From an uncultured Rikenellaceae bacterium (GTDB taxonomy: Bacteria; Bacteroidota; Bacteroidia; Bacteroidales; VadinHA17), in the NCBI GenBank assembly GCA_964457185.1, contig CAYWEQ010000006.1:1-35707 (forward strand): DNA of 35,707 nucleotides. The letters are read 5' to 3'. The position numbers and the translations under genes are program-made. Below are positions 1 to 7,933 of the stretch, piece by piece. How positions within the stretch are numbered: the stretch's first letter is position 1; the number at the start of each line of letters is the position of its first letter. The notes below the pieces were generated by a model. That model made no database searches and had not been told where the DNA came from. It saw only the letters and a program-made list of their open reading frames with translations.

Positions 1-2
1 TA

Positions 3-425
3 AGAAAAGAGCAGCAAAAACAGTTAATTAATTGGGCATGTACCTGTGCCGGGCATGTTTTACCGCTATCTGGTAAAAAACCAGATGAAAGGCTCATAAA
101 TGCTCTGTTTATTGCACGAGAATGGGAAAAAGGGAAGGCTTCAGTCGGCGATGCAATGAAAGCTTCACTGAACGCACACGCTGTGGCAAGAGAATCTTCA
201 GACCCCGTTGCTATTGCAGCAGCCCGGGCCGTCGGACACGCAGTTGCCACAGCTCATATGGCTGATCATTCATTAGGAGCGGCATTGTATGCTTTGAAAG
301 CTGTTAAAAATGCGGGCAAATCAACTGATGCAGAGAGGATATGGCAAAATGAACAAGTACCATCAGAAATTATGGAGCTTGTACTGGGTGCAAGAAGCAA
401 TAAAGAGAAACACTTTAAATTTTAG
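3..425 (+). CDS. Putative immunity protein of the Imm5-like all-alpha family, C-terminal portion (5' end lies outside the window)
   Basis: The frame is open from base 3 (RKEQQKQLINWACTCAGHVLPLSGKKPDERLINALFIAREWEKG...), so the Met at 156 in the ORF track is internal. The sequence is Ala/His-rich and helical, with W-A-C-x-C-A-x-H-V-L-P and AARAVGHAVATAHMADHSLGAALYALKAV motifs. I recognise these from the putative-immunity-protein family linked to polymorphic-toxin loci. The assignment is from memory, not a search. Confidence 0.45.
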   Translation, partial: RKEQQKQLINWACTCAGHVLPLSGKKPDERLINALFIAREWEKGKASVGDAMKASLNAHAVARESSDPVAIAAARAVGHAVATAHMADHSLGAALYALKAVKNAGKSTDAERIWQNEQVPSEIMELVLGARSNKEKHFKF

Positions 426-629
426 TCAAACATGCAAATAAAAGAACAACCTGCGCTTAAAGGCCCGGATGGCACTGTTTTGAGAATCTATTCATTACAT
501 TTATATTTTAGCTATTATCCCGAAGGCAACACCATCATATGGTAAAATATAAAAGATTTCAGTTTGGCTTGGTGATAAAAATACGGGGTTTAGACTTTAC
601 AAATGAGACTATAACTTATCAGAAATAAA

Positions 630-1814
630 ATGAAAATTGCATGTGTCATCCTCGGTACAAGAGGAGATGTTCAGCCAATGGTTGCCCTGGCAGGCGGGCT
701 TATGAAAAAAGGTCATGAAGTTACAATTTATGCACCGCCCGAAAACGAAGAACTCGTCGGTCGGAACAATTGCCGCTTCGTACCATTCGGACCAGGTATT
801 AAGAAGGCAGTAAATGAAAACCCTGAAGGGCAAAAAGGAGGAGTTGCCGTTACAATATCTCCTAAACAGGGAAAAAAATTAATAGGAGATCAGATGACCC
901 TGTTGCCGGAGGTAATTAAAGATGCAGATCTGGTTCTTGGCGCAGGGATCGTTCCTGGAGTCCATACTGCAGCAGATATACTAAAGGTACCATATCGCTA
1001 TATTATTTTCTATCCGATCATGCTGGGGACTACGAAGGATGATCCATTTAAAAACAGGATGATGTTTGGTTTTGGAAGATCAATGATGAATGTGTTCGTA
1101 AAAGGTTTTATCAATAAACATCGTGCCGCGTTCGCTCTTCCTCCGATCAAAGATGTATGGGCTCACTGGCTGGGAGAAAATGTTATTGTCGCCTGTGACA
1201 GGGAATTGAATCCTGCCCGTGAAGGAGTAGCTTTTCCTTTTACCCAGACAGGTTTTATGTTATTGCCATCGATAGCCGGAATTCCTGATAATGTAAAAGA
1301 TTTTCTTAATTCAGGAGAACCTCCTGTTTATATAGGATTTGGCAGTAATCCGATAGTGAATACTGAAAAATACACTCAGATTTTTGAGAAGGTACGGGAT
1401 ACCACTAAACAACGGCTTATCATTTCCAAAGGATGGGCTGGTTTGTCTGAAGGTGATACGCATGATATATTATATGTTGATGAAATGCCATTTGATTTAT
1501 TGTTCCCAGGAGTCTCAGCAATCATTTATCATGGAGGAACGGGTACCATGGCAGCTGTTGCACGGGCAGGCATTCCTCAGGCAGCGTTCCCTTTCATGGG
1601 TGATCAGTTTGCAAACCAAAAGCAAATAGTTAAATTAGGATTGGGTCCCGATACATGCGAGTTTAAAAAAATGACAGCCGAATCGATTTCTTCAGCAATC
1701 AAAGAGTGTGTCACAAATGAGAAATACAGGAAAAACGCTGCAGAGATGTCGCAAAAACTTCAAAATGTAAATGGTCTTGAATTAACCATTGAACTTATAG
1801 AAAACATATTTTAA
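630..1814 (+). CDS. Family-1 glycosyltransferase (UDP-glycosyltransferase, MGT / sterol-macrolide glucosyltransferase-like)
   Basis: 394 aa. The N-terminus MKIACVILGTRGDVQPMVALAGGLMKKGHEV is typical of the GT28-N/GT1 acceptor domain. The C-terminal donor motif is IIYHGGTGTMAAVARAGIPQAAFPFMGDQFANQ (HGGxGT...P...DQ). Confidence 0.85.
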   Translation: MKIACVILGTRGDVQPMVALAGGLMKKGHEVTIYAPPENEELVGRNNCRFVPFGPGIKKAVNENPEGQKGGVAVTISPKQGKKLIGDQMTLLPEVIKDADLVLGAGIVPGVHTAADILKVPYRYIIFYPIMLGTTKDDPFKNRMMFGFGRSMMNVFVKGFINKHRAAFALPPIKDVWAHWLGENVIVACDRELNPAREGVAFPFTQTGFMLLPSIAGIPDNVKDFLNSGEPPVYIGFGSNPIVNTEKYTQIFEKVRDTTKQRLIISKGWAGLSEGDTHDILYVDEMPFDLLFPGVSAIIYHGGTGTMAAVARAGIPQAAFPFMGDQFANQKQIVKLGLGPDTCEFKKMTAESISSAIKECVTNEKYRKNAAEMSQKLQNVNGLELTIELIENIF

Positions 1815-1857
1815 AAATAACGGATAATTCTTAATACAATTAACTGATTCACATGAA

Positions 1858-2223
1858 ATGAAATCTGATATAGCATACTGCGGCCTGGCTTGCGGCAGCT
1901 GCCCGATTCATCTGGCCACGCTTGAAACAGATTTATCTCATCAGGCTGAAATGAGAGTGATGATTGCAGAGGAGTTATCCAGGATCTATGGAACGACTGC
2001 GAAACCTGAAATTATAACAGACTGCGATGGATGTAAGATTAACAATGGCAGAATGTTTACGGGATGCGCTGATTGTGAGATCAGGAAATGTGCCATCCCA
2101 AAAAACATTATAAACTGTGCTTATTGTGATGAATATCCATGTGATAAGCTTATGAAACACTATGCAATAGATCCCGCTGCAAAGGATAGACTGGACGAAA
2201 TCCATATCAGCCGAAAAACTTGA
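1858..2223 (+). CDS. DUF3795-family Cys-rich protein
   Basis: 121 aa with the spaced cysteine pattern CGLACGSCP ... CDGCK ... CADCEIRKCA ... CAYCDEYPCDKL, characteristic of DUF3795. An upstream ATG at 1853 hits a stop after two codons, so 1858 is the start. Confidence 0.7.
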   Translation: MKSDIAYCGLACGSCPIHLATLETDLSHQAEMRVMIAEELSRIYGTTAKPEIITDCDGCKINNGRMFTGCADCEIRKCAIPKNIINCAYCDEYPCDKLMKHYAIDPAAKDRLDEIHISRKT

Positions 2224-2325
2224 GAATCTTATAATTTTAGCAGCAACCAAGGAAACTCAAAAAATGATTTGCTATATGGAGATGTAAATGTATATTTACT
2301 CAATATAATCTAAAAATAAGAACTT

Positions 2326-3159
2326 ATGTCAGAAAAGAACCTTGTCTACCGCGGAAAATCGAAAGATGTTTTTAATATAACGGAAGGAACTTATACCGGC
2401 AAGTACCGGTTTGTCTTTACCGACAGAGCAACTGGCTACATTGAGAATGGTAAAACTGTATATGATCCCGGATATGATAACGTTGTCGGCGACATCCCCG
2501 GGAAAGGTGCGGTTGCCTGCAGGTTTGCCACCCATTTCTTTAAACTGCTGAAAGAGAAGGGTATTCCCTCGCATTACATCGATACAATAAAAGATAATGA
2601 AATGATCGTGGAGCCTGCCATCCCTCTCTCGATGCCGGTGGAATCGCCGGAATTTCCCGGATCGGCTCCGCTGCTGAATCTTGAGTTTACCTGGAGAAAT
2701 AACGCTACGGGGAGTTTCTGGCGCAGGTATCCCTTTGTACGGCCATGCAAAAACCTTCATAAAGTAGTTGAGGCATGGACAAAAGGCGACAGTGATATCC
2801 TTATTACCTTGGAAGCGCTTGAAGCTACCGGTGCAATGAGCAAAGATGAGATTGCTTACAGCGTTGAACTTGTAAAGAAAATTGCTGAAATTGTATCTCA
2901 GGAATTTACATCAAAGGACCTCCATGTAATAGATGGCAAGTTTGAATTAGGCAGGTTGAAATACGGGGATGGTAAAATTGTGTTGATAGATGAAATTTCT
3001 CCCGATGTCCTGCGGGTATGCAAGGGATATTCTCCCGACAATAGCGGCAACTGCACAGTATATAACCAGTGCACGACAACAAGCTATTCGGACGGAAAGA
3101 GGATAATTAAAAATAAGAACCAGGTTTCCGCTGCCGATTTTATAAATATCTTTCTGTAA
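2326..3159 (+). CDS. SAICAR-synthase (PurC)-like ATP-dependent ligase, divergent paralog
   Basis: 277 aa. It aligns by eye to short-type PurC: VYRGKSKDVF (YxGKAKxVY), FTDRATG, GKGAVACRFATHFFKLLKEKGIPSH, LEFTWRNNATGSF (E.V.RN.A.GS), VIDGKFELG (DxKxEFG) and IDEISPDVLRV (DE.SPD..R.W). The canonical C-terminal DKDRFRRDLG region is replaced by a Cys-containing tail. There are also insertions after the first beta-hairpin. Confidence 0.7.
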   Translation: MSEKNLVYRGKSKDVFNITEGTYTGKYRFVFTDRATGYIENGKTVYDPGYDNVVGDIPGKGAVACRFATHFFKLLKEKGIPSHYIDTIKDNEMIVEPAIPLSMPVESPEFPGSAPLLNLEFTWRNNATGSFWRRYPFVRPCKNLHKVVEAWTKGDSDILITLEALEATGAMSKDEIAYSVELVKKIAEIVSQEFTSKDLHVIDGKFELGRLKYGDGKIVLIDEISPDVLRVCKGYSPDNSGNCTVYNQCTTTSYSDGKRIIKNKNQVSAADFINIFL

Positions 3160-3367
3160 TAAATCCGGTACAGAAAAATATATCGGGCTTTTCGCTCCTG
3201 GTCTGGCTACTGTGAAAATACATAAATAATTTTCAGGAATTCGAATCCTGAAAATCCTATCCGGGGTTGACAACCAGTCGCAGCATTATGAGGTACGAAT
3301 TGAGGATTTAAAATAATCACCTCCGTACAGATAACTGACAATAATTTAATAGTTTAAAATTGGTTAG

Positions 3368-4324
3368 ATGAACAGACTGAAAATCTCTTCGGCACAGTTT
3401 GAAAACAGGAGCGGCGATAAAACTTATAATCTTTCTGTTATTGAAAAACTGTCAAAGAAAGCGGCAGATGAAGGCTCGGAAATCATTGCTTTTCATGAAT
3501 GTTCAGTTACCGGTTATACCTTTGCCCGCCATCTGACAAAAGAACAAATGCTTGAAATAGCAGAATATATACCTGAAGGAGAAAGCATTGCCAGGTTGAC
3601 AATGATAGCGGAAAAGAACAATATTGTCATTCTTGCCGGTCTTTTCGAAAAAGACAGGGATAACAACCTGTTCAAAGCGCATGTCTGTGTTGACAGGAAT
3701 GGCATGAAAGCAAAATACCGGAAAATCCATCCGTTCATAAACCCTCATCTGACTGCCGGAAATGAATTTTGCATTTTTGATTTGAAGGGATGGAAATGCG
3801 GAATACTTATATGCTATGACAATAACATAATCGAAAATGTAAGGGCTACAAGACTATTGGGCGCAGAAATAATATTCATGCCTCATGTAACAATGTGTAC
3901 CCCATCTACGCGTCCCGGTGCGGGATTTGTTGATCCGAAATTATGGGAAAACCGTGAAAAAGATCCTGCTTCTCTGCAGTTGGAATTTGACGGATTGAAG
4001 GGAAGGGAATGGCTGATGAAATGGCTTCCCTCCAGGGCTTATGACAATGCCGTTTATGTTGTTTTCTCAAATCCGATCGGGATGGATGATGATCAGCTTA
4101 AAAACGGATGTTCAATGATAATAGACCCGTTTGGAGATTTAATTGCTGAATGCCGGACACTCGGAGATGATATTACATCTGCTGTCGTAACGCCTGATAA
4201 ACTAACCCTGGCCGGCGGTTTCAGATATATAAAAGCAAGAAAACCTGAACTATACCGCGATATAATCGGAAAGGAACATAAATCTGAACAAAAAGTCATC
4301 TGGATGAATGATAAGGTGACATAA
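3368..4324 (+). CDS. Carbon-nitrogen hydrolase (nitrilase superfamily amidase/nitrilase)
   Basis: 318 aa with the Glu-Lys-Cys triad in its usual contexts: IIAFHECSVTGY (Glu), KYRKIHPF (Lys) and CGILICYDN (Cys). Confidence 0.85.
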   Translation: MNRLKISSAQFENRSGDKTYNLSVIEKLSKKAADEGSEIIAFHECSVTGYTFARHLTKEQMLEIAEYIPEGESIARLTMIAEKNNIVILAGLFEKDRDNNLFKAHVCVDRNGMKAKYRKIHPFINPHLTAGNEFCIFDLKGWKCGILICYDNNIIENVRATRLLGAEIIFMPHVTMCTPSTRPGAGFVDPKLWENREKDPASLQLEFDGLKGREWLMKWLPSRAYDNAVYVVFSNPIGMDDDQLKNGCSMIIDPFGDLIAECRTLGDDITSAVVTPDKLTLAGGFRYIKARKPELYRDIIGKEHKSEQKVIWMNDKVT

Positions 4325-4571
4325 TTCAATATTGTTATATGAAAAAGATCAGACAGGATCATGAACCCCCTCAGTCAATTGAGAAATGGGGATGGAAATA
4401 TCATCACCTGGGAATCTTCCATTCTATGTAAGACTGGAACTGAAAAAAGTGTGAATAATTATTCGAAAACGGTCATAATGCTGTAACCTGATTAGCATTG
4501 CCCGGAAAATTGTGTTTATTTTAGCCCCGGTTTTAATAATGTCATTAAGAATCTGATCCTGAAATACATTT

Positions 4572-5393
4572 ATGATTATTGAACAAACTCTGGATTTGCT
4601 TAAGGACAGGTATAGGGAGAGACTGGAAGAGTTGACTATTACCGATGTCAGAATAGGTATTTCCATGACTGCCGTAAGGCTTTCTGACGGAAGCTGCGGA
4701 GTCTCATCCACATTTGTCAATGATCATCAGCATTTCATAAAAAGCGAACGCGATTACGGCGATTTTACTCCATTGAAGATCAAAGGACATAAAATCAGTG
4801 ATCTGTTTGAATCAAAAAAAGAATCCGGCGTAATTACTACTTTAAGAATAGCCTGCCTTAATGCAATATCCTCCAAAATCATTTCATCCGGCAATTATAA
4901 GATTATCGAGAATTGCGATCCGATTGATCTGGTAGATCTTAACACACTAAAAACTATAACTATTGTTGGTGCATTTCAATCATATATCAGTATGATATCT
5001 GCAACAAATAACAGACTCTATGTCCTCGAATTGAATGAAACGGCACTGAATGAGAAGCATAAACAATTTTATGTTCCGGCAAATGATTATAAAAAGGTTT
5101 TGCCTGATTCTGATGTTGTAATAATAACCGGCTTAACACTTGTAAATAATACCATTGATAATTTACTGTCTGCTATTCCTGAGAAAGCGTTCGTTATCGT
5201 TGTTGGTCCTTCAGGCAGCACTATCCCCGATATTCTCTTTGAAAATAAGGTGAATATTATAGGAGCCACCCGGATCACAAAACCGGATATATTATTTGAT
5301 CTGATAGGTGAAGGAGGCGGAGGTTACCACCTGTTTGAATATTGTGCGCAAAAGATCTGTATTATAAGAGATTATGAAGCAGGAATTGAGTGA
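4572..5393 (+). CDS. DUF4213/DUF364 protein (putative metal-chelation, enolase-N-like plus Rossmann-like domains)
   Basis: 273 aa. It matches the family pattern I recall: VTDVRIGISMTAVRLSDGSCGVSST, ACLNAISS, ITIVGAF, DVVIITGLTLVNNTIDNLL, VIVVGPSGSTIPDILF, IIGATRI and GEGGGG. The stop overlaps the next gene by 20 nt. Confidence 0.75.
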   Translation: MIIEQTLDLLKDRYRERLEELTITDVRIGISMTAVRLSDGSCGVSSTFVNDHQHFIKSERDYGDFTPLKIKGHKISDLFESKKESGVITTLRIACLNAISSKIISSGNYKIIENCDPIDLVDLNTLKTITIVGAFQSYISMISATNNRLYVLELNETALNEKHKQFYVPANDYKKVLPDSDVVIITGLTLVNNTIDNLLSAIPEKAFVIVVGPSGSTIPDILFENKVNIIGATRITKPDILFDLIGEGGGGYHLFEYCAQKICIIRDYEAGIE

Positions 5394-7086
5394 AAAATGG
5401 ATTAAAGCGGCAATTACCGGAACAATATGGGCTGCATCAGAAATTGTCCTGGGCAGCTTCCTTCATAATCTCAGGGTTCCATTCAGCGGTAATATCCTGA
5501 CAGCTATTGGTATCATAATCCTGATCTCCATCAGTTACATCTGGACTGAAAAAGGCCTTTTCTGGCGTGCCGGATTGATCTGCGCCATTATGAAAACAAT
5601 GTCGCCAAGCGCCGTGATTTTCGGTCCCATGATAGCTATATGCGCCGAAGCTCTCCTTCTTGAATTCTTTGTAAGACTGCTGGGAAGGAACTATGCCGGC
5701 TATATAATCGGCGCAATGGCAGCAATGTCCTGGAATCTGTTTCATAAAATCGCAAGTTATATAATCTCATATGGATCAAATATCGTTGAAGTTTATACCC
5801 GGCTGTTGAATATGGCCCAGAAGCAGCTTAACCTTCAGTCAGATATTGTCTGGCTACCTATAATCATTCTTTTGATAATATATGCCTTATTCGGATTTCT
5901 CGCAGCAATTATTGGCATAATGGTCGGTCGAAAAATGCTGAATCAACCGGCAGCAAGTACACCTGTAATCCAAAAAAGTTCAAAAATCAAACCTTTGAAA
6001 TATCCAAAAAGTGAATTTAATTATTCCCTTGTATGGCTTTTAATTGATATAACCCTTATAATCAGCTCATTCATATTATTAAATTATACATCCTGGATCA
6101 TATGGAGCATAACTGTTACAGGAGTTATTTTACTCTGGTCATTCAGATATAAAAACTCCCTTAGAAGGATATTCAAGCCAAAATTCTGGATTTTTTTCGT
6201 GTTCATCACATTGATCACAGCATTCGTTTTTTCCACAGCACAGACTGGTGAAAAAACCATTATAGATGGACTTCTGACAGGAGTCCAGATGAACTTCAGG
6301 GCAGCACTTTTAATTGTCGGTTTCTCAGTAGTGGGAACTGAGTTATACAATCCAAAGATCAGGAATTTCTTCTCCGGGACTTCATTTAAATATCTGCCCA
6401 TGGCGGTTGAGTTATCAGTCGAAAGCCTGCCTGATTTTATAGCCAGTATCCCTGATTTTAAAAGCCTGGTTAAAAATCCTGTTTCGGTATTTTACAATGT
6501 TATTTCACATGCAAACAGCAGGTTGGCTGAGATAAAGGGAAAAGAGAGATTTACCCGGAGGATATTTATTGTCAGTGGTTCCAGATGTGAAGGGAAAACA
6601 ACCTTTACAAAAAAGATAACTGATGAACTTAAGAAACATAACATCTCTGTAGGCGGAATAATATCTGAAAGAGTAATGAGAGAGTCTAATACAACGGGCT
6701 ATGACCTTGTCGATATTGAGACCGGCAGAAAAGAGATCTTTCTCAGGCAGGACGAAGAGAAATGGACTGATAAGATAGGTAAATTCAGTATCAATCCTGA
6801 AGGAATACAATTTGGGATATCAGTTCTGGATCCTGAAAATCTGAAAGGAAAAACACTGGTTGTTATAGATGAGGTAGGTATGCTTGAACTGGATAATAAG
6901 GGATGGGCCGGTTGTTTAGAGGAATTAATTGACTCTTCCCTTGTCCATATACTTATTACCGTTCGTGACACCCACACCGGGGATGTGATAAAGAAATGGG
7001 GGCTTAAGGATACTGTTCTGTTTAAAGTATCGGAAAATGATTGTATTGCCTCAGCCAAATCGATAATTAACCTTATTGACACCTGA
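5374..7086 (+). CDS. Fusion protein: polytopic membrane domain (about aa 1-390) plus C-terminal P-loop NTPase of the THEP1/NTPase_1/DUF2478 type
   Basis: 570 aa. The N-terminal ~390 aa contains many long hydrophobic segments (roughly 8-10 predicted TM helices by eye). The C-terminal ~180 aa has Walker A GSRCEGKT (nt 6577-6600) and Walker B LVVIDEVG (from nt 6856). There is no ABC signature motif, and the layout resembles small stand-alone THEP1-like NTPases. Confidence 0.6.
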   Translation: MKQELSEKWIKAAITGTIWAASEIVLGSFLHNLRVPFSGNILTAIGIIILISISYIWTEKGLFWRAGLICAIMKTMSPSAVIFGPMIAICAEALLLEFFVRLLGRNYAGYIIGAMAAMSWNLFHKIASYIISYGSNIVEVYTRLLNMAQKQLNLQSDIVWLPIIILLIIYALFGFLAAIIGIMVGRKMLNQPAASTPVIQKSSKIKPLKYPKSEFNYSLVWLLIDITLIISSFILLNYTSWIIWSITVTGVILLWSFRYKNSLRRIFKPKFWIFFVFITLITAFVFSTAQTGEKTIIDGLLTGVQMNFRAALLIVGFSVVGTELYNPKIRNFFSGTSFKYLPMAVELSVESLPDFIASIPDFKSLVKNPVSVFYNVISHANSRLAEIKGKERFTRRIFIVSGSRCEGKTTFTKKITDELKKHNISVGGIISERVMRESNTTGYDLVDIETGRKEIFLRQDEEKWTDKIGKFSINPEGIQFGISVLDPENLKGKTLVVIDEVGMLELDNKGWAGCLEELIDSSLVHILITVRDTHTGDVIKKWGLKDTVLFKVSENDCIASAKSIINLIDT

Positions 7087-7190
7087 AAGATTTGTCACTT
7101 TCTGAATAAAACATATTTCTTATTGCTTACTCAGATTATCTTTACAATGATTTTACAGAATAATTTAATATCAAATATAAGAGGGAAAGA

Positions 7191-7850
7191 ATGAATATGA
7201 TAAAAACATTTTCCAGGTACATAATAGCAATTTCTTCATTAATTCTTATTTCATGTTCGGGAACATTAAAGGACCAGGATGGGAACATCCTCAAAATGAC
7301 CAGAATTGGAGATATGGTGTGGATGTCAGAGAATCTGAATGTAAGTCATTTCCGCAATGGCGATGAGATCCCTCAGGCAAAATCACCTGAAGAATGGGCC
7401 AGGATGGGAATTGAGGGTAAACCAGCATGGTGCTATGGACTGAACAATCCTGAGAATAGCAATAAATATGGCAGGCTTTACAACTGGTATGCAGTAAATG
7501 ATCCGCGCGGCATAGCTCCGAAAGGATGGCATGTGGCTTCTGATGAAGAATGGACACAGTTTATCGATTTACTGGGAGATGAAGTACTTGCCGCAATGTT
7601 TATGAGAGGTCCCGGATTATCAGAAAAAGGGAATAAATCCGGAAACACCGGTTTTAAATTTCCTCCAGCCGGTGCAAGGGACAGAAATGGCGGATATTTA
7701 AATACCGGATCACATGGTTACTGGTGGTCGGCTACGGAGGTCAGTGATTCAGATGCCTGGGGCCGCCTGCTGAACTACGTACAATGCAATATATACAGCA
7801 TAGGTTATGCCAAAACCGCCGGTTTTTCTGTCCGCTGCATCAGGGATTAA
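7191..7850 (+). CDS. FISUMP (Fibrobacter succinogenes major paralogous) domain lipoprotein
   Basis: 219 aa. It has a signal peptide with lipobox LISC (Cys22). The hallmark FISUMP string follows: WMSENLNVSHFRNGDEI ... YGRLYNWYAVNDPRGIAPKGWHVASDEEW ... GYWWS ... GFSVRCIRD. Confidence 0.8.
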   Translation: MNMIKTFSRYIIAISSLILISCSGTLKDQDGNILKMTRIGDMVWMSENLNVSHFRNGDEIPQAKSPEEWARMGIEGKPAWCYGLNNPENSNKYGRLYNWYAVNDPRGIAPKGWHVASDEEWTQFIDLLGDEVLAAMFMRGPGLSEKGNKSGNTGFKFPPAGARDRNGGYLNTGSHGYWWSATEVSDSDAWGRLLNYVQCNIYSIGYAKTAGFSVRCIRD

Positions 7851-7933
7851 ACAATTGGATTTCATAACTTGCACAGGTAATATTGCGGATTTACAGGCAA
7901 CACATCCGGTGCACTTAAGAATTCACCTGTGAA

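Noticed and set aside
432-545. A 37-codon ORF (MQIKEQPALKGPDGTVLRIYSLHLYFSYYPEGNTIIW) between the immunity-like gene and the GT1 gene.
   Set aside because: It has no recognisable motif and no promoter or terminator framing. It could be a gene remnant, but I cannot support that.
3230-3254. A perfect 9-bp hairpin, TTTTCAGGA-ATTCGAA-TCCTGAAAA, after the PurC-like gene.
   Set aside because: No U tract follows on either strand and the stem is AT-rich. It could be a weak terminator or chance, so I did not annotate it as a feature.
7872-7931. An inverted repeat, CACAGGT ... ACCTGTG, just upstream of the ABC ATPase start codon.
   Set aside because: It is only 7 bp with a 46-nt loop, which is marginal thermodynamically and statistically. 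It is mentioned only as context in the FISUMP/ABC-2 finding.
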